From Tubulanus polymorphus (lineage: Eukaryota > Animalia > Nemertea): a stretch of DNA of 64,000 nt. Where the stretch lies: assembly GCF_964204645.1 (NCBI RefSeq), contig NC_134035.1, positions 2,976,001-3,040,000 on the forward strand, written 5' to 3'. The position numbers were made by a program, and so were the translations under genes. A model generated the notes under the pieces. The model was not told where the DNA came from. It worked only from the letters and a program-made list of their open reading frames with translations, and ran no database searches. Positions 12,500-24,400 of this stretch are shown piece after piece. Positions within the stretch are counted from its first letter, which is position 1, and every line of letters begins with the position of its first letter.

Positions 12500-13763
12500 T
12501 GATCCTTGGTTTCACATCGTCACTGTTCATCATTGTTGCGTTCAAAAATTCCAAGAATCGCCAGCAAATATCTACATTTCATTTCCTTTAAAATGGTGTA
12601 TAAATTGATTTCGTCGAGCAAGGGGCTGCAGAACTATATGATATTCAATCTAAACTTATGTTTTAAAAATGAGCGCAAATTATCGCAACAATGGGGACCT
12701 CGAGGGACCGCCACAAAATGGCACCTAGAAACTGGAAACTTCTTTATTGGGGCTTTATAAGTTGTATTCATCATTCGAACCCACAAATTCTCCTTATCCT
12801 ATGAATGTGAAAACCTATCCTCGTAAGAGAATGAATATATAGGCTCTGTCATTTGATATGAGGCTACGTGTCATCTTTAATTGAAATCATGTGATTTCAA
12901 TTAAAGATGACCCGTGGCCTCATATCATTACGTTATGTTTTTTTAAAGGCTGGGCGAGAATATGTTCTTATGTTTTTGTTTCTGTGAATGTTGCTATTTA
13001 AGAGTTCAATAATTTCAGTCTTCCAAACAAAGGGTTTTTCTGTATGTTTCGTGTCCTGTTTTTCCATAACCCTATCGCATTTTAGGTATCTTTTCGCGGA
13101 TGACCGAAAGTTGCTGTCCCTTTCTAGTAATTTGATGATATATGTCGAATTTAAATTTAAAAAGGAATCAGGCATATCTCCTTGTTTGACTAAGTATGAA
13201 CTCAACTTTAAGGGGCACTCCCTTAAAAGGCACCGAAGTGAAATCATGTGTCGAGTGGAGATGACAGAATTTCTTCAAAATCGGCGGAGAAAATTGAGTA
13301 TTTTGAAAATAATAATCTTACATGTATGCAAATCCGTTATATCTCTCTAGAAATAACAATACGACGACAAGCACTTTCGAATCCGACCACGATATTCGAG
13401 AAGTTTCACTAGGGCAGTGGTGGTCAGTGATGGTCAATTTATGAATTTTCAATGGCGAATCCTTTCTAGTTTGACAGTAATAAGCATCGTTTAAGCACTT
13501 GAAACACCCATTAACCACTTGAAACTGTCAGATCAAACATCATACCGCATCCCCGCAAAGAGGGATAGTTCAGCAAACCGGAGTTTTCATTGGCCTCTCT
13601 AGACTACCCCGGAAAACTCATAATGGCCGGGAATCGGGGCGGGGTTAGGTTTAGAGATAGAGGTTAGGGGACCAAACCGAAGGTTTGGAGACCCCACTAG
13701 TGCACGGGCAACGGGTTATCCCTGTAAAAAAGTAGTAAGAGTTAATTGTTGTAGTGAGGCGGT

Positions 13764-14602
13764 CTACGGGACGTTCATGCCTCGGGGCGTGTTCGTGTCG
13801 AGTCGTCGTATCCAGTCTTGTTCGGCTGCTTCGCGGATCGGTCTCGTGGACCCTGTAGGTGTTGGAGACCGTACACCCGAAAGTGTTCGCGGGTGTGGTC
13901 GACTTGGTTGAAGTGGTCCGAGACTGGAGTCGAATTCTTCGTTCTGATGCGTGAGACGTGATGCGTGACGCGTTCTCGTAGAGACATTCCGGTTTGGCCG
14001 ACGTACAGCATGTTGCACTTGGTGCATTCGATGCAGTATACAATTTCACGGGTCGCGCAATTAATTGTGCTGCGGATCGCGTGCATTTTAAAATGCACGC
14101 GATGTTGTGGCTGCGGCAAACGGTTGTTTCACGGACGAGTGGACACGTACGACATCTCGGTGTTCTGCATTTCTTGGTGCCTCGACGTCGGGTTGACGGA
14201 GTTCTTTGAGTAGACCTGGAAATAGAAGAATTGGAAACAACGGAAGTATTTCTGTTACGATGCGGTGAAGAGGGGACTCGGGGAGGGGGTGGCTCCGTGG
14301 GTTTGAGCTGCGACGAAGTTAGGAGATCTTTGAGACTCTTGTGCTTGGTGTAGGCGGTGACCGTGGTTACCTCGTCCGACCGGCCGGTGGCCGTAGCCAG
14401 TTTCGTAAATCTGGTTCGGATGTTACGGGCTAGGGATCGGTTTGCTTCGGAGTGAGGTAAGATAAGTGGTAAACGCTTTTTCGGCGGTTCGTTGGCCCGT
14501 TGTTGTTCTCGTAGATCTCGTTCGGCGTGGTGCCGTAGAGCTTGGCTTTTGATGTGTCGCAGTTCGCGGTCTTTGTAGCCACGACCTCTGAGTACTTTAA
14601 GT
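13764..14602 (-). mobile_element. Penelope-like retroelement (Neptune-like), 5'-truncated and frameshifted: thumb/linker, Cys-rich motif, GIY-YIG endonuclease
   Basis: Manual translation: LKVLRGRGY...AYTKHKSLKDLL...CRTPRCRTCP; then CATREIVYCIECTKCNMLYVGQTG...R...H; then AEQDWIRRLDTNTPRGMN. Two frameshifts. Confidence 0.88.
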
Positions 14603-14708
14603 TTTAGTTAGGGGTCATAGTAGTTAGTTATCTAGTAGTAGTTAGTTGCTCTTCTATCCATCCATCTATCTATCCATCCATCCATCCATCCGTCTATCTA
14701 TCCGTCTA

Positions 14709-15200
14709 TTCTGCATTTCTTGGTGCCTCGACGTCGGGTTGACGGAGTTCTTTGAGTAGACCTGGAAATAGAAGAATTGGAAACAACGGAAGTATTTCTG
14801 TTACGATGCGGTGAAGAGGGGACTCGGGGAGGGGGTGGCTCCGTGGGTTTGAGCTGCGACGAAGTTAGGAGATCTTTGAGACTCTTGTGCTTGGTGTAGG
14901 CGGTGACCGTGGTTACCTCGTCCGACCGGCCGGTGGCCGTAGCCAGTTCCGTAAACCTGGTTCGGATGTTACGGGCTAGGGTTCGGTTGGCTTCGGAGTG
15001 AGGTAAGATAAGCGGTAAACGCTTTTTCGGCGGTTCGTTGGCCCGTTGTTGTTCTCGTAGATCTCGTTCGGCGTGGTGCCGTAGAGCTTGGCTTTTGATG
15101 TGTCGCAGTTCGCGGTCTTTGTAGCCACGACCTCTGAGTACTTTAAGTTTTAGTTAGGGGTCATAGTAGTTAGTTATCTAGTAGTAGTTAGTTGCTCTTC
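14709..15200 (-). mobile_element. Tandem partial duplicate (492 bp) of PLE segment 14163-14654
   Basis: Near-identical direct repeat, separated by a TCTA/TCCA microsatellite at 14655-14708. Confidence 0.9.
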
Positions 15201-15220
15201 GCAAATTTGTGAGCAATAAA

Positions 15221-15433
<213 letters not shown>

Positions 15434-15762
15434 CCTAATCGTTGGTGGTAAGCTTTTACAATCGGATGGGCTTATACTTATGGTTACGTTAGGAGTTATA
15501 GATGTTATAAGTGGTGTCGGGTCAACACGTCCTCGCAGACCCGGTCAAAACGTCCTCGCTTTCGTCGGTCAAAACGTCCTCACTCACGCCAGAATAATTA
15601 CAAATAATTACAACTCACAAAAACATCATGATATCAAACACTAAGAGGCCTTCCCCGTTATGGTCGTAATTGTATTTGTAAAACTGAATACAAGAAACTG
15701 CTGCATTTATCTATTGATGAAATGTTTAGTTTAATTCATCAGTTCTATCATAGAGAACGAGG

Positions 15763-16698
15763 ATGAACGCAACGATTTTCAAGAGGTCGTACGTCGACAA
15801 ATGGATTTTGGCCGCATATGTATTGCCGCCTCTAATCCCGGTCGGTGTTGGTTTAAACGCGATGATCATCGTCGTATTTGTCAAACTGAAAACTAAAAAT
15901 CGCTGCATCTATTTACTGAAATGTCTCGCTGTTGTCGATATCATATTTCTGGTGACGAAACTCATTCAGGACCCGGTGCGGTTTTATATTCACTATGCCA
16001 CGTGCGGTGATATGATCATTTATTTCGTCGCGCCGCGAATTTCCCCGTACATTTACATATGGCTGACAATGTTGAATAACGGATTTCAAATGTTTCGTAA
16101 TTATTTAACTGTAATTATTCAATGCGAACGATTAGTGACTATCATTTTTCTACTGAAGGTACGATATAGGATAAATTTTCTTATCTTATTCGCGTGTGTC
16201 TTTTCTGTGGCTATGTGTTCGTATTACCCGATCACGATGCGTGTAATCTATCAGCCCACATCGAAGCTCGGTCCTCATTACAAAGCATCATTTGCGCGTG
16301 ACAATGTCTTTCTACTAATGAACCGATACATCGACCCGATCTTCCGTATTTTCATACCGAATCTATTAGTTTTCGTAGCGAATATAGCTCTTCTAATTGT
16401 ATTACACGTTAAAACGACGCGTAGGCAAGATCTGACCGCCACAACTAGCGATCCGAAACCGCAAAAGGGCATGGCAAAAGCCACGAAAATGGTGCTTACA
16501 ATGAGTATCATTTTCACGATTTTAGAATTTCCAGGTTTGCTCGGTAAAATCGGTGGACGCTACGTCCTCGGGCGCGGTTTAAACGTATTAACATTCTATC
16601 TGGTTACATCGATCATCAATTCTTGTATAAATCTTATTCTTTATATAATTGTGAACAAGCAATTTAGAGAAAAGTTCGTTCAGTTGTTGAAATGCTGA
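15763..16698 (+). CDS. Intronless class A GPCR, FMRFamide/peptide-receptor-like (possible chemoreceptor), 311 aa
   Basis: Seven hydrophobic segments; N-glycosylation site MNAT; GxxxN in TM1, LAxxD in TM2, ERL at the DRY position, KATKMVL at TM6, NSCINLILY and helix-8 NKQFR. Confidence 0.9.
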   Translation: MNATIFKRSYVDKWILAAYVLPPLIPVGVGLNAMIIVVFVKLKTKNRCIYLLKCLAVVDIIFLVTKLIQDPVRFYIHYATCGDMIIYFVAPRISPYIYIWLTMLNNGFQMFRNYLTVIIQCERLVTIIFLLKVRYRINFLILFACVFSVAMCSYYPITMRVIYQPTSKLGPHYKASFARDNVFLLMNRYIDPIFRIFIPNLLVFVANIALLIVLHVKTTRRQDLTATTSDPKPQKGMAKATKMVLTMSIIFTILEFPGLLGKIGGRYVLGRGLNVLTFYLVTSIINSCINLILYIIVNKQFREKFVQLLKC

Positions 16699-18442
16699 TT
16701 AAGATCGACATGAGGTTATCCCACGCTGCTTGCACCGAATAGTCGCTCGGATTTCTTCAGTTCGAGGAATTGAATAAATATAAAAGTTTCTCAAATTTAG
16801 AGGGTTGTTTTTTGCTCTTTTTTAAAATCTATACACTGCGGCTATATACTGACCAGTGACACTCATAGACTGGTATTAACATTTTATCTCTAGCCTATAA
16901 TCTGTGTAGTGACTGGGGAGTAGTAACTTCCGAACATCCGGGCCTGCAGCGGAGTGGGGGGGGGGGGGGGTATAGTTCAGGTAGTTTACGACAAACCGCC
17001 GGAAATCCCAAAACGGTTCGCTCTGAAAAATGAATTTGCTGGAAATGAATAACATCCTAGGCTTGTCGTATGTCCTACCCGATCTTATAGTGCTACAGAT
17101 ACCTAGGACTAGCGTTGGACTCCGTAGGGAGCCTTGCATTGCTAACACATAATGCCGTTGTCACTAGGCTCCTTTTTTACCTTCGAGCGCCTTTTCAAAA
17201 AGGTCCACTTAAAAGTCCACATTTTAAGGAAACTTTTATTTATAGGGAAAGCAAACTGCCTATAAAACCGGCAACGTTACAGGCCTGGCTACGATATCAA
17301 TCATTTATCCATTTACTCCGGAGAATGAAGCGGAGAATTTCTCCTGCCCCCATAAGAAAATACTGCTTCCCGGAATTAAAACCACCATCGATCACCATTT
17401 CTGAGGCTTAGTGCGTATTGGATTACGTAATACGTACGATTCAGTCTGGTGCCACCTTTTCTCCTTCGAATACGCTTCATTCATTTTGCACAGTTATTGA
17501 CGGGGTCCAGAAGTCTATGTCTCAGATCCCCGCCTTAAGGGTCCTCTGTGATTTCTGCATTTCCTAGATTGTATTGTTAAGAATATCTCATCAATCAGTC
17601 GCTCGGTCATTCGGTCACCAGTCATCCATTTATCCAGTCAGGCATCAGACCATATTTGTAATGAAGAGGGACCACAAATCCATTGGTCTTGAGAGACAGA
17701 TTGATGATAAAACAAGGGATTTTCTGGACATTTTCGCCTGGAGAAAGAGTACCAAACTGGTGGGGGATTTCCTTCTATATTCGGCTCGGATGTACTGGCA
17801 TACCTGTACTGGGATACCCCTCTTTCTAAAGGTTTGATTATTTCAAAAGTTAGTTTGGGTATGTGGGGCGAAAACCATTATCAGCCGAACCCAACTTTCG
17901 TTCGACAATGTATGGCCAAGGAATGGTTTTGGCCGTTGATGATAGTGACATTAAAAGTAAAATAATCATTCCTTAACTATAATCGAAATTAAGTTTTTTA
18001 AGGGTTAAGAGGCGCAAGTTGCATACGTATTTGAACAAAATGTGTCGCGCACGACTTAACTGGAACCATGGCCGTGACCGGGACGTGATTAGTCTATATA
18101 TATATTCTGTACATGAGTCAGATCGGCTGTCATACGAGACGCACGTAGAGTTTTGTGGGGATTTAGGATATTGGATTTTTGAAACGGAAATACGCTATTT
18201 AGAACTCTCAAATTCAAAAACCACCCGTCGTATCTAGGCCTAATATGCTGCAACGATCAGTATATATTTGTAGAGATTCAAGATATAGACTCTGGAGCTG
18301 CAAGTTTGGTCAGAAACGGGCGATTTCAGTCTGAGTCGACATCGTCACGGCGTTGACCATTGTGACGTCATGGTCTTTTGTCCGAATGTGAATGGCCGTG
18401 GAATATGTTCGAATGTTTTCCTGTCACAATCGGGCGGACCGG

Positions 18443-18705
18443 ATGGCTTAGTCGGTCGGCGACTAGCGTGTCACCGCTGTGGCCCAGGTTCGAGTCTCGG
18501 AGGAGGCGGGTCAGGATGTGGCAAGTGATCTCCGGTAAGCGGGCGAGTCGAGAGTACTGTCCTCCCTGGAATGAGGTTGCTAATGCGTGAGTCCTACAAA
18601 ATAACTGGTGTGGGGTAAATTATGTTTAATTCAGTCGTTTCTGGCTGAATTATTTATTTATCCCACAATACCGGTCCCGGCAGCGGAGTAATTCCCCCAG
18701 GGACC
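18443..18705 (+). mobile_element. tRNA-derived SINE
   Basis: A box TGGCTTAGTCGG (~18443), B box GGTTCGAGTC (~18487); 3' boundary approximate. Confidence 0.6.
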
Positions 18706-20103
18706 TTCGACTTTTTTACAATATTAGTTTGTTATTTTAAGTTGAGTGGTGAGGGTTTGGGTCATTTTATATTTATTTAATTCCTCGAACTGAAGAAATC
18801 CAAGCGACTATTCGGTACAAGCAGCGCGCGGTGATCAATCACAGTTCTTTCTCAACTGATGATAAAACTTCCATAATTTTTCACCAGATTACAGTTAAAG
18901 AAGATGTGTACGCGGCGATGTCTGATGAACTTGTGTATAAATTCGGATTCAAAACGACTCTATCCAATAGAGAATCACTCTCTGGAGACCTGCCGTACGC
19001 TCTACTACACAATAGTGCCGCGTCACTGCACAAACCCTTAAGCAAACTTCAATATCCTAAAGCAAAACTCGAAAAAAGTAAAATTGAGCCGGTATTACAG
19101 TTCAAAACCGGACTTAAATAGAAGGGAAATCTACACTAAAGTTTGTTGGAGTTTATCTAAACCATTAGATAAAATTTCAGCATACAATTTTAGGCTAAAA
19201 TCGTAGCATTCGATATTTCTATCTTTAACAATATGTGCCTCTATGAATAGTCGAATTAAACTCGATGACCTGTAGGCCCCATTGAAAATGTTTGGCACGA
19301 ATTGAATGGTTCTTGCGGATTAGCGTCACGGACTCGGGTCTGTCACAGGAATGCGCGATCGAGCTTTCTGATTGATCCAATCCGGTCGCATCGATGATGC
19401 ACCGTCGCTGATTGGTTGACGTAGGTATTAGAAGCGCGGTTCGAGCCGCCCGATGCCAGTCCGAGAACTGATATCCAGCGATGAAGGTCAACCCATAAGA
19501 GCTCTGCAACAAGGCGTGAAGAAAGTGTGGCTTCAAGCGAACAACCAACTAATAAGCGGCTGATGATGTTAGGAGAGACTGGAACGTGAAGGAATTTGTG
19601 ACGCCTAGCGATTGAGAACGCAAGATGAGACTGGCGGCTGATGGTGCAGATGATCGCGGAGGAGATCCCGATACTGCTGCTGCTGTTACTGGTGTTGCTG
19701 CTGCTGTTGATGTCGGATTTCAACTACAAACAGATGACGGCTAATTTGCTGACGAAGACGAGTTGCTGTTGTCGCTGATTTCCGATGTTCTATTTCGCGC
19801 ACATTCATACATTATGAATATTGTGTCTTTTTAGGGTTAAACCGAAACCAGTTCGCTACTACTGACAACTACATGTACACACAATTCGTTTGTCGCAACG
19901 TCCTGAACTAGTCTGCTGCTGCTGCTACTGCTGCTGCTGCTGCTGCATTGGGAACCGCATCAACTCGCATTTTGCTGTTTCGGTATCTTTACATTAAGAT
20001 AAGGTAATTATATTAAACTATACCCATCCGTACATTTTGCATCTTCATTAGCTTGACGATTATCCGATTTGTTTTTCAGCTGGCAATATTTGAGTGACGG
20101 CAA

Positions 20104-20530
20104 CATCTTCAAACCTCGAGACGCAGACTCTACCCCGACTACAGAACCATCTTCAAACCTCGAGACGCAGACCCTACTCCGACTACAGAACCATCTTCAA
20201 ACCTCGAGAAGCAGACTCTACTCCACTACAGTACCATCCTCAAACCTCGAGACGCAGACTCTACTCCGACTACAGTACCATCTTCAAACTCGAGACGCAG
20301 ACTCTACTCCGACTACAGAACCATCCTCAAACCTCGAGACGCAGACTCTACTCCGACTACAGTACCATCCTCAAACCTCGAGACGCAGACTCTACTCCGA
20401 CTACAGTACCATCCTCAAACCTCGAGACGCAGACTCTACTCCGACTACAGAACCATCTTCAAACCTCGAGACGCAGACTCTACTCCGACTTCAGAACCAT
20501 CTCCAAACCTCGAGACGCAGACTCTACTCG
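20104..20530 (+). repeat. 44-bp minisatellite, about 10 copies
   Basis: Unit catcttcaaacctcgagacgcagactctactccgactacagaac; no unique spacers. Confidence 0.95.
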
Positions 20531-20876
20531 TCATTATTTCGTTTTGCCGCATGTTATAAAAAGTAACGTAAATAAATAAACGTCTATATATAAAATGCTC
20601 TCTTTAATAAAATCTCTTTGTCTCGGGCACTTTGCCCCGGAAAGGACTCTCCCCTCTCACGACTTCCACTTGCCCCGGAAAGGACTCTCTTACAACTTCT
20701 CACGTTCAAGGAGAGGACAAAGTCAAAAAGGAAAGGACAAACGCAAAGTAGTATCAAAGGATTTATTCCAAATTCAAAGTAGGAATTTGTTACAGCTTGT
20801 TTGCAAAAGTAAAATTCAACATTTTATTGAAACGAACAAAATCAAAATTCAACATTTTATTTAATCATCAATAAAA

Positions 20877-20938
20877 TGGGATTTGAACCACCAACCACTG
20901 GTCTAGCAGTCCAGCACCCTACCCACTACGCTATAGGG
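20877..20938 (-). mobile_element. tRNA-derived SINE head / tRNA pseudogene
   Basis: Minus strand: TAGCGTAGTGG (A box), ctgga-CTGCTAG-accag anticodon-like arm, GGTTCAAATCC (B box); no acceptor stem. Confidence 0.6.
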
Positions 20939-21059
20939 ACGTACAAACAGCCTGCAGGGGAACTCATATTTATCCATTGCTTAAGCAAATTTTATCAAAA
21001 AAATAATGCCATCTACCGGGCGAGACAGGAACTAGTTCCTATCACAACCCGGTAGATGG

Positions 21060-21438
21060 TGAATGAGACCAGAGTATGAGATGAGAATGAGAAAGAGTGA
21101 GATGAGGATGAGTATGAGAGATGAGAATGAGATGAGTATGAGATGAGGATGAGTATGAGAGATGAGTATGAGATGAGAATGAGAAAGAGTGAGATGAGTA
21201 TGAGAGATGAGAATGAGATGAGTATGAGAGATGAGTATGAGATGAGGATGAAAGAGTGAGATGAGGATGTGTATGAGAGATGAGTATGAGATGAGTATGA
21301 GATGAGGATGAGAGATGAGTATGAGAGAGTGAGAGATGAGAGATGAGTATGAGAGATGAGTGTGAGAGATGAGGATGGGAGATGAGTATGAGAGATGAGG
21401 ATGAGAGCTGAGAGATGATAGAAAGAGACAGAGAGGGG
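21060..21438. repeat. GA/GAT-rich low-complexity satellite
   Basis: Variants of GAGATGAGTATGA. Confidence 0.9.
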
Positions 21439-21487
21439 ATTGTATATCACCTGAACTTCTATGTTCCTCGTTGTTTTCTATCCGGCA

Positions 21488-24400
21488 GATTCTAGATGCC
21501 GTCAGTAGTTTTAGTTTTACAGTTTTTAGTTCAAACAGATATTTATCCCATCAGCAGCAAAGTCATCACATAGTTAGTCGTCGTGGACATAAAGTTCACT
21601 ATAACTGAAGTCAAGTTCTCCCAATATTTGTTCGTTTGTTTGTTTATCCTCTCAGTGAGTTCTAACGCTGCCAACACATATTTTATCCAGTTCATCTGAT
21701 GTAGTCCTGATCATCAAACACAAACGTCAATAATTCCATCCTAATGATGACAAACATCCTAAAAGATATAAATGAAACTTTATAGATTTGAGGCAACCAA
21801 TCAGTTATACACAGTGTAAGAGTTAAGTAAAGTTACTGGTGCATCAGAGAAATGGCAATCTAAGGTAGGCTACTCCCCAAAATGAGTGTCAGGGGTCAAA
21901 TATTTTTTGTCTCCGATTTTGATGAAATTCAGTATAAACATGTATTCTTGGGTGCTGATCACAAATCTGAACGAATTTTTCGGATCTGAGGCCCAGAAAA
22001 TGAGAAATTCGAATTATTGGGGGACCCCCTAAATTTTCAAAAGGCCTTGGACCCCAGAGTTTTCGAGATATTCAAAATCTGATTGCAGATTTGGATTCAG
22101 CACCCCTGAAAATATAAAGGACTAAAATTTCAAGCAAATCGAAGAGATTCGGTTTTTTGGCCAAAAATGGCAAAAATCTAAGGAGTTTTTTTCGGCGAAA
22201 ACTTTTTTTTCTCTGATTCCTTCTAAAATTGGTAGGAATATGTATTCTGAGGTGTAGATTCCGGATCCGCAATCAGATTTTGAATCGGAATTCAACTTCA
22301 TGGGCAAATAAGGGTTTTAATGCCCAAAATATGCACCCCAAAAATGGGGTACAAAGTCAAAATATTTTTTTGGCCCAATTTTAATGAAACTTAGTGCAGA
22401 CATGTTTTTTGGGGTGCTGATTACGAATATGGGGTTAGATTTTGGATCCGAGGCAACTAAAATGAGATATTCAGGATTTCGTGTTTTGACCCCCTTAATT
22501 TCGTCACAAATTTTGATGAAATTTGCCTGGGAAATTCGGCCCAAAATCGAATTTTATTCAATGATCAAATATTCAATCAATTTTTAAGGTAGAAATTGAT
22601 GCTCTTACTAAAAACCCTGTATTATAATTCCTGCAACACAATTACAGGCTGCCTCAAATAACCACATTGACAATTCTTATGAAATGCAGAAATCAGTGTT
22701 TACAGATAAACTGCTTTCTCATAATTGTTTTGGAAACTTATAAGAAATTCTACTCACACACTCACTAGCCCTTGTCTAGCAGAAATGGTAGTCCACCGAG
22801 TTCCACAAATCCACATACAGAGTTCCACACCTCCTGGAGTCCACCACTGACTGTTTTTTTTATCCACTTATAGTCCAGTTAGTTCACTAGTAGTCCGGAA
22901 GAAGTAAAACTGTGACAAATTTCAGTTGAAGTCCACCACGTCCAGTATTTGTGATGAAGTTTACACGACAGCCCGAAGAAAACCTGAAATATAAAATTGA
23001 AATCACATTAACAGGGAGACTGACTGAGAGGTTGAGGGATGGGGTGAGAGGTTGGGGAGGATGGGGTCAGAGGTTGAGGGAGGATGGGGTGAGAGGTTGG
23101 GGAGGATGGGGTGAGAGGTTGAGGGAGTATGGGATGAGAGGTTGGGGGAGGATGGGGTGAGAGGTTGGGGGAGGATGGGATGAGAGGTTGGGGAGGATGG
23201 GGTGAGAGGTTGAGGGACAATGGGATGAGAGGTTGGGGAGGATGGGGTGAGAGGTTGAGGGAGGATGGGGTGAGAGGTTGGGGAGGATGGGGTGAGAGGT
23301 TTAAGGAGGATGGGGTGTGAGGTTGGGGAGGGTGGGTTGAGAGGTTGAGGGAGGGTGGGGTGAGAGGTTGGGGAGGATGGGTGAAAAGAGAAGCAAACAC
23401 AATAACTCAGGCTTAAGCAAAAGTTTTCAGCAGTTTTCAGTACGGCACTGGATTAACAGATTCTCGTTTTACACAAGAGCCCAGCCTGTGGCAGTGGGAG
23501 AAAGCTGGTGTAACTTGCTGAACAAGATGTGGTGCTGGAGGAAGTTGAAGAACAGTTCATCAAGATTTGTGAAACTATCGCCTGCTGCACCATGTGCAAT
23601 TCAAGCGGCTAGGGTAGTGCGGCCCGTATAGGCTAGAAAGTGGTTTTTGACACCGAGTGAGGTCCCTGTTAGCCTAGCACCTAGCCGTCGTTACCCAAAC
23701 AACCCGGAACCCGTAGTAACAACGACTGACTGATTCAGACTAAATTTGAGTAGGTCCCGGCCTCCACTGACTGTCGTGAAGTGTCTGCGAAGTCACTGGA
23801 GTGAGGTCCCCCTCTAAACTGTGTGTGTACCTGAGGACATGAAAATGAAATATCATGTATGAATTTTTATCTTTTTTACCAATATCAAAATTCGTACATT
23901 TAGAATCATCGCGGCTTTAAAGTCTTTATCAATTGAGGGAATAGTTCACTGTAAATAAAGAATTAGCGATTGAATTGAGCCCGCTCCACAGTAAAATTGC
24001 ACGATTAATTCAATCTCGACCGTCTAGTGCTGCCGCTATGTATAACGATAGCGTGGAAAATGTGAACTAACATAATACTCGCTTGCCAGAGTCTTCGAAC
24101 GGCCGTAGTGGACGAACTAATTACCGATTTGCGGGCCGGATTCCGAGGAAAATTCTCAAACTCTGAAAACTGCTCTCAAACGTTCGAACCAAACAGTTTT
24201 TCTATAAGAGAATGAGCCTTAAAAGAGTTAATTTGAATCGGGGTATTTCTAGTATGGTCTGGGAGAGTGCGACAGGTGTTTGTAAGTTCCCTGTTTATTT
24301 GCGCGCAAATAGACTATAATCGAAGAAAAAATATTAACATTTTGTCAATTCTGATGATAAATTATCATTAAAAAATGAAAATGAATAATTTATTCTGTAT

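Larger units (their letters stand above)
10091..12748. mobile_element. Foldback-type element with long TIRs; right arm split by a second element
   Basis: 10091-10335 is the inverse of 12504-12748 (ORFs 10057..10341- and 12506..12760+ match); 10333-10550 is the inverse of 11335-11570. Confidence 0.75.

Noticed and set aside
13583-13625. SECIS or HDV-like ribozyme in the PLE 3' region
   Set aside because: No apical AA or helix II for SECIS; no P3/L3 for HDV.
13713-13726. TACAGGGATAAC resembling an LSU rRNA / I-SceI-like motif
   Set aside because: Short match with no flanking rRNA similarity.
20104-20530. CRISPR-like array (also 11740-12229 and 52716-52957)
   Set aside because: Contiguous tandem units with no unique spacers, no cas genes, eukaryotic context.
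20877-20938. Functional tRNA-Ser(GCT)
   Set aside because: No acceptor stem or long variable arm; better explained as a SINE head.
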